64,000 bases of DNA from Ginglymostoma cirratum (taxonomy: Eukaryota). This document shows, one piece after another, positions 1 through 11,744 of this stretch. The position numbers were made by a program, and so were the translations under genes. The notes beneath the pieces were generated by a model, which saw only the letters and a list, made by a program, of their open reading frames with translations, searched no databases and was not told the DNA's origin. Location: positions 9,833,073-9,897,072 of the forward strand of contig JAHRHZ010000079.1 of the NCBI GenBank assembly GCA_024137785.1, in the 5' to 3' direction. Numbering within the stretch: position 1 is the stretch's first letter; every line of letters begins with the position of its first letter.

Positions 1-339
1 GGCAGTGTGTTTAATGGCACATTCACATCAAATGTACGCGTTCCAAACGAGAAGGTTGTTAAAAGTATTTCATGTTCTCCTGTTACATGGTTTAAAGGTA
101 ATCTAGAACCTGGAACATAGTTGGAACATTCAACTGTTAAATTGGCAATGGTCTGCCTATGCCTTTGAGGCCATTTCTTAATTTGGGAGAGGGTGGGAGG
201 AGTGTTTGGGAGGTAGGGCAGGGGGGTGCTTATAGAAAAGTGAGAGCAATTTAAACATGGTAAACTTAAATGCACTCCAGGTGAATTAACTACTTTGCTG
301 CTATTTGCTAACTGTAAATTTTCATTGCCTTTTCTTAAA

Positions 340-1430
340 ATTCATTCATATGATATGGGCATTGCTGGTGATGACTGCATTTATTGCCCATTCCTAATTG
401 CCCTTGAGAAAATGGTGATGATCTGTATTGTTGAATTGCTGCATTCCATTGATGTAGGTAAATCCCTGATGCCATTAGGGAGGGAGTTCCAGTATTTTCA
501 CCCAATGACACATAAGTTATGATAAATTTCCAAGTCATGATGGCGAGTGTTTTGGAGGGGAACTTATGGGTGGTGGTGATTCCACATATCTGTTACCCTT
601 ATCTTTCCAGATGGCAATGCCTGTGGGTTTGAAAGGTGCAGTCTAAACAACCTCGATGAATTTTTGCAGTGTATCTTGTAGATGGTACACACAGCTGCTA
701 CTGGAAAATGGTAGTGGAAGCAGTGAATATTGTCTATCAAGTGGGCTGCTTTAGCCTGGATATTGTCAAACTTCTTGAGTGTTTTTCGAACTGCATTCAT
801 CTAGGAAAGTGGGGAGTATTTAACCATACCCCTGACTTGCAATCTGCTGATGGCAGACAGATTTTTTTCAGGGTCATGGCATGAGTTATTTGGAACACGA
901 TTCCTAACCTCTGACTTGGTTCTATAGCCGCTGTATTCATATGCTAGTACAGTTCAGTTTCTGGTCAATGGTAACCCCTATTATGTTCATAGGGGGATTC
1001 AGTGATTGTAATGGCATTGAATGTCAAGGAATGATGGTTAGATTCTCTCTTGTTGGACATGGTCATTGCTTGGCACTTCTGTGGAACAAACATCACTTCA
1101 GCTTGTCAGCACTAATCGGGATACTGTCCAGGTCTTGCTGCATTTGGACAAGGTCTGGTTCAGTATCTGAGAGTAGCTAATATTGCTAAACATCAATAAG
1201 CATTTCTGGTTCTTTTTACGATGGAAAGAAGCAGCTAAAGAGATTGGGCTTTGGACATTACCCTGCATAATTCCTGAAGGATGTCCTGGAGCTGAGATGA
1301 CTGAGCTCTAACAATACTTTGTGTCAGGTATGACTGCAACCAGTGGAGAATTTTCCCCAATGATTCTCAATAACTTCTTCAGCTTTGTTTGGGCTTTAAA
1401 TTGCATGTTTGAACAATGTGACATTTGGAG
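340..1430 (-). mobile_element. CR1-like LINE 3' part (RT C-terminus and tail), degenerate
   Basis: Minus-strand remnants KFDNIQAKAAHLI...HFPVAAVCTIYKIHC; tail sequence (plus strand atttattgcccattcctaattgcccttgag) matches the tails at 22530-22680, 27800-27870 and 28930-29000. Confidence 0.8.
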
Positions 1431-1799
1431 GTTTTTTTCTGAATTGTAACAGGATGTCTCCTTGATATTGGATGAGATATTCAGAGCGGTGATCACAGTT
1501 AGATTGCCACTACTGATAATTTTTTTTTGGTTAGAACTAAGTTTTAAACTTCTAACCAGGAATCCAATCCAGGCTCCTTCAGAATTAGAGTAAAGCTAAA
1601 AGCAACCCTGTTCCTCTGCACTGCGAAGATATTCAGGGAAAGGAAAACCACTCCCCTGTTTGCAGCAGCGTGCCATGTACTGAGATTTCAATGTTTAGCA
1701 GTACGGCCAGATGCTTTGACAGCTGTTGTGAAAAGCTAAGTTTAGGGTTAGGATGCAGTTGGATAATTGTTCGGGTGCCAGGTCACTAAGATTCTGAAT

Positions 1800-2200
1800 A
1801 AGTGATGGAGCAGCTATGGTAGAACAGGGTTTGGGGGTATGTCAGGATCAGTGGTGGTAGAAAGCGTATGGATATTGGGGCCAGTGGGGTTTGGGGGGAG
1901 GCTGTGTTGGAACCGACAGGAGTAGGAGGGGTTTATGTTCGGACAGGTAGGCCAGGTGATTGTTGTCAGGGGCAGGAGGCACCATGTTGGGGCCAGTAAT
2001 CAGAATCTTCATCTTCTGAGGGTTTGAGCTGGTACCAGACAATGTATCATTTCATGGTGGTCCAATTGGCCAGTAGGGAGATTGGGGCTCAGGCTGCTTA
2101 AACCATGTTGCACTGGGTGAATTCTGTTAGGGGTGTGGTCCAGGGGAATAAGGGCCAGAGTGGGTTTAGTTGGGAGTGTGTGGGGTAAGTTTGAGTGTTA
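1800..2200. repeat. G-rich low-complexity tract, probably part of an old repeat
   Basis: Strong G/T skew; a C-rich tract of mirror composition lies at 41560-41820. Confidence 0.4.
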
Positions 2201-2974
2201 GCTTAATCTTTAACCAGGAATTAGATTACCACCTTAATTATCTATCTTTTACCGGTTAACTATGTAGTTTAATGGAAGTAGAACCCTCCAATGTTAGGGA
2301 TTAATTTTTATTGGGTTCTCGATGCACAGAAATTGACAATGGATTTTTCAATCTTCCAGGCAATCTCCATTGGGTCAACTCCATGTGGGATTCCATAAAT
2401 GCTGATGCACAATTCCAATCTGTGCTCCATCAATGCTTTATCTTAGCTTCAGGATATCTGGGTAGTGTTCTAAATGATGTATTTTGTCATGTTGTGTGTA
2501 ATATTTTAACGAACTGCTCATAACATCAAAAAGAGCCTCAAACTGACCATTGGCATGCAGCATTCTAACAGCTGCAGTGTAAGTTACCGACTAACACTCA
2601 TAGGGCCTTATGCTCCATGCTACAGTCACACTCCTATCAGATTCAAGCTTATCAGAAAATAGCTGCAGCATCTTTTTAACTGACAGTACAATAAAGCTTC
2701 TATATTTCATGTTCGCATTGCTCAGTTCATTAATTCAAGAGAGGAATTCCTAAAAATCATTATTGTGTCCCACATGTGATACATAATTTACACTGAATTT
2801 GTTGAAGTTCAAGGTTGTGCGGATAGGTTTTTGAGTGAGAAAGCTAAGTTAATTTGCTCAGCTGTAACAATTGAACTTTATTTTAGAAAGACTTAAGAGT
2901 TGTAGAGATGAGCTCTACATCTAAAGGCTTAGGCCTTTGCAGGATGGTAATTACAGTTGTGCTATATACTTAAG

Positions 2975-3330
2975 AAACTCTTTCATCAATCCTGAAAACA
3001 GGGACAGCACTATCAGTCAGATTTGAGGTCACTACAGCTCTTAGACTCCTTTTCAGGCTTGCCCAAGACATCAGCAGTATTAATCTTTGTTCTATCCCTA
3101 AATTCAACAAACATGTGACATATGGCTGAGCCATCACCTTTGCCTCTTCCATTTTCCCTCTGACTAACAACAGCAAACTGAAGGCTGCTGAATTCACCTT
3201 TGCTTCTGGTTTCCAAAAATACCTGGTGCTTGATGGCACCCTTGTAGCATTGTAGCCACAATAGAATAACCTACACTAACAGAAAAGGGGCTCTACTCCA
3301 GAAATAAATACCTGTCTTCTGATGCTAAGG
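2975..3330 (+). mobile_element. PIF/Harbinger DDE transposase fragment, pseudogenised
   Basis: Plus-strand translation ALSVRFEVTTALRLLF...FASGFQKYLVLDGTLVAL...YTNRKG resembles Harbinger motifs GFP.V.G.IDCTHV and NRKG.HS.N.Q; in-frame stops present. Confidence 0.65.
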
Positions 3331-3614
3331 CGACATCCATGTCGGTTTAACTTTGGGCTATACTTGTTTGAAGATGAAGAAGCCCAGATTGATGTCTGTC
3401 ATACTGACAAGATTCCATTATACTTTTAGATCACAAGAAATTCTTTGCAGTAGGTGTTTGTTGGATAGTTTGGTGTTTGTGAGATATCTGGATTTTTAAC
3501 AATGACATGTGATTATAAGATGGCGTTACTTTGTCTATTGTTTGCAGTCACATGACACACAAATCTATATTGTTTGGTCAGATGCCTCCAGGCTTGTAGC
3601 ATGTTAAAATGTAG

Positions 3615-5030
3615 TAGCATAGAAATGTTTCCAGCGTAGTGGAAATCACTTGGCCCATTTTGGTCCAAACTACACAGGAAAGAAACCTACCCAGCTTAAT
3701 TCCACCTACCAGCTCTTGATCCATCACTTTCTATGTTACAACACCTCAAGTTCTTATCCAACCATTTTTTTAATGGGTGGTTGAGGATTTCTGTCTCTAG
3801 CAGACTTTCAGACAGTGAATTCCAGATTCCCATCACACATTTTGCATGATAAAAAAAATTCTCAACTCCCCTCTAATCTTACTATCAATTAGTTTAAATG
3901 TGTGTCCATTCATTTTTAACCTTTTGTGCCTGAGAAAACTTTTTTCCTATCACTCTATCTAGACTCTTCATAATTTTATGCACTTCAATTAAAACTTCCT
4001 TCAGCCTACCCTAATGCTTCATACTTAAACAACTTGAATTCCACTTGTAAATTTTCTGACCATTCTGATCAGCTCATTGATTTCTTCCTGTAATCAAATG
4101 CATTTCTCCTCAATATCAATCACAACTGAATTTCATGCCTTCTGCAAGCTTTTTAATTTCTCCCCTTGCATTCAAGTGTAAGTTACCAATATATATGACA
4201 AGAAGCTAGAGACCCAGTGCTAAGCCACGTATAACCCGAATGGAAACACCATTCTAATTCCACAAACTTTTTTTTAAAATCCCAACAGTGTGGAAACAGG
4301 CCCTTTGGCCCAGCAAGTCCACACCAACCCTTGGAGCATCCCACCCAGACCCATCCCGCTATAACCCACACGTTCCTGAACAATACAGGAAATTTAGCAT
4401 GGCCAATCCACCTAGCCTGCACATCTTTGGACTGTGGAGGAGACTGGAACACCCAGAGGCAACCCACGCAGACACAGGGAGAATGTGCAATCTCTGCACA
4501 GTCACCAGAGGCTGGAATCAAACCCGGGTCCCTGGTGCTGTGAGGCTGCAGTGCTAACCACTGAGCCACCGTGCCGCCATGATATAACTCTAACATAGCT
4601 CTTCTGACATAACTCATTACTTCCTGCCACTAAGTTAATTTTGGATCCAATCTACCATTTTTCCTTGGATCCTATCACCATTTAATTTTCTGGCAGCTCA
4701 GTGATTTGAGGCATCACCAAAAGCCCTGCTAAAATTCACATAGACTATGTCAAGCACATTATTTTCAATGAGTCCTCTTGTTAACTCCTCAAAAATTCAC
4801 ATTTGTCAGGCATGACTTTCCCTTAAGAGAAATCTATAATGACTATCTTTTCGAAGTTTTTCCAATGATTTGCTTACCTCTGAGGTTTGGATGATTGGTC
4901 TGTAATTACTCTGGCTGTTCCTTCCTGAATAACATCAGCAGCTCTCTAATCCCCAGGTACCATGCCTGTAGACAGACAGAGTTGAAACAAATGGTTAGAG
5001 CTCCCTCTCTTTATTTTCCTTGGCAGCCTG
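3615..5030 (-). mobile_element. CR1-clade LINE, highly degenerate, interrupted by HE1 SINE
   Basis: Similar to the CR1 at 46471-48520 (tcaggcatgactttccc, caccaaaagccctgctaaaattc corresponding to DFSKAFD). Confidence 0.65.
4276..4578 (-). mobile_element. HE1-type V-SINE
   Basis: Minus strand begins ggcggcacggtggctcagtggttagcactgc (A box), B box ggtttgattcc, V-domain gcacattctccctgtgtctgcgtggg, CR1-type tail. Confidence 0.92.
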
Positions 5031-5179
5031 TGAGATTTTTCATCTTAGCCTAGTGCCGGTGTACAAAATTAAGGATCCGTAACTACAAGATTGTCACCAA
5101 TAAATCCAAAAATGAACCAAATAGAAACTGTTTTAACTTCTGAATGGTTAGAATGTAGTTTCCAGAATAGTTTCCAGAA

Positions 5180-5470
5180 CCAGGAGTCACAGTCGAAGGA
5201 TAAGCCTTTTAAGACAGAGATGAGAAATTTCTTCACCCAGAGTGGTGAGCTTTTGAATTTTTTTGGCCACTGGAAAAACTCTTGGGGGGACCAAAAGATT
5301 GAAGTCTTTCAAGAAAGATGTAGATATAGTTCCTGTGGACTAATGGGATCAAAGGATATGGAAGAAAGCATGAACAAGGTATTGAGTTGGACGATCAGCC
5401 ATGATTATATTGAATGGCGGAGCAGGCTTGAGGTGCTGAATGGCTTACTCCTGCTTCTATTCTCTATGTT
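5180..5470 (+). mobile_element. CR1 LINE 3' end
   Basis: FKTEMRNFFTQ motif; tail gaatggcggagcaggcttgagg...tggcttactcctgcttctatt. Confidence 0.8.
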
Positions 5471-5486
5471 GATATGAACAGAGCTG

Positions 5487-6060
5487 ATTGTGCAGCAGTA
5501 TTACAGCTGAACTAGTAATCCAGAGATCCAGGTAATACAATGGGGATGTATGTTCGAATCCCACACTGGCAGATGATGGAATCTGAATTCAATAAAAATC
5601 TGAATTCAATAAAAATCTGTAACTGATGACCATGAAACGATTATCAATTAAAGGAAAATTTCATCTGGTTCACTAATGTCTTTTTTAGAGGGGAAATCTG
5701 CTATCCTTACCTGGTCTCGTCTACACATAACTCCTGTACCACAGCAATTTGGTTGATTCAAAACTGGCTTCCAAAATGGCACAGCAAGCTACTAGGTTGT
5801 TCCAACCATTAGAAAGTTTTGAAGGAATGAAATCTGATACACCACTTGGCAATGACAAATAAACCTGCAAACCTGACCCAAACATCTCTTCAAAGTCCTC
5901 CTAACCAATAATGGAGGTCAAAATTAAGATAGCTGTATCACAGATTAGTCAAGCAAATGTCATACCCAGTCAAACATTTGGAATCATACCTTGCACACAA
6001 TGTCCAAGACATGGAACATTATCATCCCTTTGTATGTTCTGTTCTACCATAGGCAAGAAA
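5487..6060 (+). mobile_element. tRNA-like head and SINE-like body continuing into the APE-endonuclease start of a CR1-like LINE
   Basis: B-box-like gttcgaatccc at about 5552; body catctggttcactaatgtc shared with 27557-27870; then degenerate ...HRLVKQ...ESYL..NVQD..IIIP.YVL; 17-bp tandem duplication at 5580-5619. Confidence 0.65.
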
Positions 6061-6134
6061 ACCTACTGATTGTCATGTATTTCACATTTGGCTAATGAAT
6101 TATTACACCACCATGTTGAACAATGTTGGAGGAC

Positions 6135-6308
6135 ATGATGTGGAGGTGCCAGTGTTGGACTGGGGTGGACAAGGTCAAAAATCACACAACAACTGGTTAA
6201 TAGTCCAACAGGTTCATTGATACCTGAAGACGTTGTGAGTCTCTGAAAGCTTGCGTTTTCAAATGAATCTGTTGGACTATAGCCTGGTATTGTATGATTT
6301 TTGACCTT
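6135..6308. mobile_element. Fold-back PLE-terminus element (family C) with degenerate hammerhead motif in the loop
   Basis: Inverted arms 6171-6218 and 6262-6308; ctgaaga (6224-6230)...gaaagctt (from 6245) between the arms. Confidence 0.6.
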
Positions 6309-6519
6309 AAAGCTTGGAGGAAGCATTGATGGTAGGAAGGGGCACAAAGTGTACTCTGAGTGAGGGACTTTAATATCTACCATCAACAGACACAAATGCA
6401 AGTAAGATATAATTATGTTAATTCTACAAGTTGAAATAAAAATTGTAGATTTTCTTTTTAGTGGGTAACCTTGATTTTTGAACTCTGCAGACATATCTTC
6501 TCCATGTCCACTCATTCAT

Positions 6520-7270
6520 AATTTTTCATGATCCAAGTTAGATCACACCGCAGCCTTCCCTTTTTCAGAGCAAAGGACCCAAGTCTGATAATTCCTGAAA
6601 CCCCAAAACCCAAAACCTTCAGTTCTGATATTATTTTTGTAAATCTTCTTGCAGGTTCACCAATGGTCTATACTTTTCTGAAATATGAAGATCAGAACTG
6701 TTCAACTGGGTATTCTGACTGTGATCAAGGTTCTACATGAAGCAAAAGCTTTTCTGCTTTTAGATTTTATTCCCTTGGAATAGTGCTTCAAGTGCATTTT
6801 TAGGACTTGTTAACTTAAATTTCTACTTCTAATGATCTGTGAATCCATTTCCTTAGATCTCCCTTGTTTCTCTACCCCATTTAAATTCATTTAGAGTGTG
6901 CAATTTTCTTCTTTCTCCTACCAATATACATTTATGTATTTTAAAATTCGTTTGTACTTTAGATGTCAATTCTATATATTTATTGATATCATCTTGGAAT
7001 TTGTCCTTGTCTGTCTTAATATTAACCAACTATTGCTAGCCCAAACTTTTGAAATTATTTGCAAAAATCCTGAACGGTAGTCGCTGTGCTGATCGCTGTG
7101 GGAAACTATCTCCCATTTACACTAATGTGAATAACCACCCATAGCACTACAATCTGTTTCTTTCTTTTGTAGCCAACTTGTTCTCCATTCTGTTACTTGT
7201 CTGCTGACTCCATTTTTTTGGTTTTAGTCACGATTACTGTGCAGTCCTTTATTGACAATCCAAAATTACA
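6520..7270 (-). mobile_element. CR1 LINE RT fragment, very degenerate
   Basis: gatcagaactgttcaact and tagccaacttg resemble CR1 RT (QFWSP, NWL) on the minus strand. Confidence 0.5.
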
Positions 7271-7596
7271 TATATTATGTTATTCTTCTGCATTCCTACA
7301 AGTACATTGTCAAAAACAATCAAGAAAATTTGTCAAGCACCTTACAAAGCTGACATTTTGTTTGTTTTTAGATGTATTTATGTTACATACTCTGAACAAA
7401 GAATTAATAGTTCTTCTCTGATATTAAAGTATTTGGCTTGTAGTTCCTTGGACTTGACAAATTTCCCATTATAAATATAGGAATATCAACATAACTAGTC
7501 ACTATTTACATTATATATACAGATCTAGTGCCTTTGCTATTTTGTCCCTTACTTATTTTACTGTAAACAGATACAATCCATCTATGCTAGAAGTTT

Positions 7597-8764
7597 GAGA
7601 TAACCAGGTGCAGAGCTGGATGAACACAGCAGGCCAAGCAGCATCAGAGGAGCAGGAAAGCTGACGTTTCGGGCCTAGACCCTTCTTCAGAAATGGGGGA
7701 GGGGAAGGGGGTTCTGAAATAAATAGGGAGAGAGGGGGAGGCGGATAGAGGAGAAGATAGGTGGAGAGGAGACAGACAGGTCAAAGAGGCAAGGATGGAG
7801 CCAGTAAAGGTGAGTGTAGGTGGGGAGTTAGGGAGGAGATAGGTCAGTCCAGGGAGGACGGACAGGTCAAGGGGGAGGCATGAGGTTAGTAGGTAGGAGA
7901 TGGTGGTGGGGCTTGAGGTGGGAGGAGGGGATAGTTGGGAGGAAGAACAGGTTAGGGAGGCGGGGACCAGCTGGGCTGGTTTTGGGATGCAGTAGGGGGA
8001 GGGGAGTTTTTGAAGCTTGTGAAGTCCACATTGATACCATTGGGCTGCAGGGATACCATCTACCTGATACCATTCCGCTTGGGGAGGCTGGGGACCACTT
8101 TGCAGAACACCTATGCTCAGTTTGCACTAAACAACTACACATCCCAGTAGCGAACCATTACAACTCCCCCTCCCATTCCTCAATGACATGTCCATCCTGG
8201 GCCTCCTGCAGTGCCACGACGATGCCACCCGAAAGTTGCAGGAACAGCATCTCATATTCCGCTTGGGAACCCTGCAGACCAACGGTATCAATGTGGATTT
8301 CACAAGCTTCAAAATCTCCCCTCCCGCTACCGCATCCCAAAAGCAGCCCAGCTCGTCCCCACCTCCCTAACCTGTCCTTCCTCCCGCCTATCCCCTCCTC
8401 CCACCTCAAGCCCCACCACCATCTCCTACCTACTAACCTCATCCCGCCCCCTTGACCTGTCCATCCGCCCTGGACTAACCTGTCTCCTCCCTAACTCCCC
8501 ACCTACACTCACCTTTACTGGCTCCATCCCCGCCTCTTTGACCTGTCTGTCTCCTCTCCACCTATTCTCTCCTCTATCCATCTTCTATCCGCCTCCCCCT
8601 CTCTCCCTATTTATGTCAGAACCCTCTTCCCCTCCCCCATTTCTGAAGAAGGGTCTAGGCCCAAAGCATTAGCCTTTCTGCTCTTCTGATGCTGCTTGGC
8701 CTGCTGTGTTCATCCAGCCATATACCTTGTTATCTCAGATTCTCCAGCATCTGCAGTTCCTACT
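7597..8764 (+). mobile_element. Penelope-like element (family A), 3' portion with inverted terminal copy
   Basis: GIY-YIG C-terminal remnants (DHFAEHL, VANHYN, RKLQEQHLIFRLGTLQTNGINVDF); arms 7597-8052 and 8270-8736 inverted; TSD atctatgct(a/g)gaagttt at 7580-7596 and 8765-8781. Confidence 0.9.
7660..7693 (-). ncRNA. Minimal type I hammerhead ribozyme motif
   Basis: Minus strand tttCTGAAGAagggtctaggcccGAAACGTCagc. Confidence 0.7.
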
Positions 8765-10979
8765 ATCTATGCTGGAAGTTTAATGTGTTATAAATTTGAC
8801 CAACCTAACAGTTACTCCCTTTTTTATATATACCCTAATCCCTTTTTGCATTTTTTGATCTTGTCTTATCAACCTTATTAGTCTCCATATTAAATTTTGA
8901 GGCAAAATATTACTGTTATCACTAAGGGTTTATTTTGTGTATCACTTAGAGGGCTTATAATTTTTTGCAGATTTTCCTTTTGTTGTTTATTTCCCTGTGA
9001 AATAATTTACAATTTATTTTTGTAATCGATAATTATTTCATTTTCTAGTTATTCCTAGTTTTCTATTTATTTATTTCCTCTTCATATCTATTTTTATTTG
9101 TTTTGCTTCAATTTTACCCACATCTTTTTTTATTCATCAATTTTATTTTGTTTTGGTTAATTCTTGTGTTCTCGCAGGAATATATGACTTCCAAATTATT
9201 TTAATCACCCTTTTTAAATGCTTTCTGCAGTCGTTCTATCTCTTTGCCTGTCGATGTTCCTTTCCCAATTTACTTGCCCTGATTCCATTCTCACCCCCTC
9301 AAAGCTAGCTAAAATGAGGCATCTTTTGCCAGTCTGTTTTTGTTCACTTTTTTTGATTGACAATCTGCTTGTAAGGGCATTGCAAAGTCGAAAGAAATGT
9401 GGCAGCTGCTGCTGACTGCTCCAGTTCACTTGATTGCTCAGTCTTCTGCTGTTTACTCTTTCATCTCTAATGCTTAAATCTGTTCAAAGACTTCCTGCTC
9501 TACTCCTGAATTCAAAAGGAAATAAGAGAGAGGGAGAGAGAGATTATAGGGTTAAGCTAAGGTGCTGAGGCAGGTGAATTTAGCTGGTGGCTCCTATCTA
9601 TCTGTACCTATCAATATCCTCCACTTACTTAATAAAGTTGGTTTAATTCATTCACATTTTATCAAATCAAATGTGATTAATTCAATCGATAAATCCTCAT
9701 TAGTCACTGTTGAAATGTAGGCAGTAGGTTTGTGAAATGTTTCAGTGGCTGTAAATAAAGGGCTTTAAGATGTCTAACATCATGAAAGATAATATAAAAA
9801 AATCAAGTCTTTCTTTTCTCAGTAAGAAGTCTAGAAGGGCAGCATCCCGGAATAAATGTTGGGTATGGCCAAGCTGCCTGAAACTGATCCTGCTCATGGT
9901 GGCAAGCCCTTCATTGAAATACTAAAGGTGTCACCCATGCCACAGGGACTGCCTGTCCTCTAAAGGAGGTTGCATATTGTGGTGTGATGTTTCCTAGGGG
10001 TTGCTGGAGTGGCAGTTGCCTCTTTTTTGCAGAAAGACAACTAGAAGTGCCCACTTTTACTACTTTTTGTAAGGATGCTATAAAGTCTTCCTTTTTTAAA
10101 ATTTATTTAGGGACCCACATATAATCCAACTTTTACCTCCCAGATATTCTCTATTCCAATACTTTCTGTACAATTGTATCAATTACGTCTAGCTTCAGAG
10201 ATTCTGTCATGAACATTCCTTTTTCTTTCTTACCTCCATTTACCGTCACATGTGACAACCGAGAAATCGGCAATTTGGATTCAGGGACTTTGATGTGAAT
10301 TGGGTTGGTGCAGGGATGTATATTTTAGATCACCTTCACATCTGCTCAGACTTACATTTTAACATTTTTTGATCTGCTTGCTGTTTTTATATTCTAATAT
10401 GAAGCGCAGTATCCCCTCGAGTGCTGATTCTACTCACAAACAAATCTTTCATTCTTCATTTGAATTGAGTGTTGCAATTGATACTAACCATAAAACATGG
10501 AAATAAGCTTTTTGTTTGAAATTTGAAGCAGTCAATAAGACGTTAGGAAACAGTGTTGAAAATATACCGGAATGATTTATTGATTATGTTTTTGTGTTCA
10601 AAAATCTAAAGATATCACATACTTTTCAAAAGTGTGACCATTAACCTTTCAGATTCCTTAGTGGGATATGTCATTCTGCAGTCAGATTGCTGTCTTCTAA
10701 AAGGTAAAAGTACCTGAAAATTGATTAACAATTCTCATTCTTTTTAAAAGGTTTGACCATGAAAAAAGCCTTTCTAGAAGAATAGACTCTAGAAGAACAA
10801 TGTAACAGCTGTTATTAGACTGCTGAATTGACCTCTATAATTTCAAATCTAATGTTGATCTTGCTTTGTACCTTGGTAACCTTTTATGCCTCGCTCTTAA
10901 CCTTGTATGCCCCATTCTGTCTAAGCACCTTATGACCTGCATGTCCTTGTTGGCTGAGATCTGCCTGTACAATTAATCC

Positions 10980-11705
10980 TTGCATCTAAATCATTGAGAT
11001 GCAATGTGAACAGCTAGCTCCAAGAACTGATTGTTGTGATACCCAACTGGTCACAGCCTGCCAACCTGAGAATGACCCATTCATTCCTACTCCCTGCTTT
11101 CTACCTGTTAATCAAACCTCAATCTATGTTAGTATATTGTTCCTAATTTCATCCAAATTAGTTTTGTTTACCATCTTCCCGTCCACAATTTTATCAAAAT
11201 CCTCCCAAAAATCCAAGTATACCACATCTACTGGTTTCTCCTCAGTGAATTTGCAGTAACATCTTAAAAAAAAAACTGCTACAGGTGTGTCAAGCGTGAC
11301 TTCCCCACATGAATCCATGTTCACTGTTTATTTGCCAAATATCTAGTAATTACAAACCTTAAATCATATTCTAATATTTTATCTACTACTGATGTCAAGT
11401 TATCAGGTCTGTAGTGAACACAGAACCTGCCGGAGAAACTCAACAGTTCTGGTAGCATCTGTGAAGAGAAAGCAGAGTTAACGTGTTGAGTCCAGTGGAC
11501 CACCTTCAGGTCTGTAGTCTCCTGATTTCTCACTCTCTCCTTTTCTTAAACAATCGGATTACATTCACAACCTCCCAATCTGCAAGCACTGTTCTATAAT
11601 TATTAGTTTTATTGTCTCAGTACCTATTTCTTTCAACAACCTAGGTTAACTGTCATTAGTCCTGGGCCTTTGTAAAATTTTGGTCCCATTAACTTTTCCA
11701 ATACT
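10980..11705 (-). mobile_element. CR1 LINE RT fragment
   Basis: KPVDVVYLDFWEDFDK and YRPDNLTSVVDKILE in the ORF track. Confidence 0.8.
11416..11505 (-). mobile_element. 90-bp PLE-terminus insertion (family B)
   Basis: Similar to the terminus of 13683-15140; exact 13-bp flanking duplication tcaggtctgtagt at 11403-11415 and 11506-11518. Confidence 0.75.
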
Positions 11706-11744
11706 ACATTTTACTGATACTAATTATGATCCAGATCTTGAGAT

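Noticed and set aside
2975-3330. Domesticated HARBI1 gene
   Set aside because: Stops, frameshifts and eroded catalytic motifs indicate a dead transposon
4183-4617. ORFs overlapping HE1 SINEs (also 15637-16665, 19694-19978, 40364-40648)
   Set aside because: Recurrent spurious translations of the SINE (DCLCGVCTFSP-type peptides), not genes
7867-8672. Mirror-image ORF pairs MRLVGRRWWWG on both strands
   Set aside because: Consequence of the inverted PLE arms; low-complexity non-coding frames
8930-9170. Very T-rich tract ending in an acceptor-like ctcgcag
   Set aside because: Low complexity; no convincing open exon with donor follows
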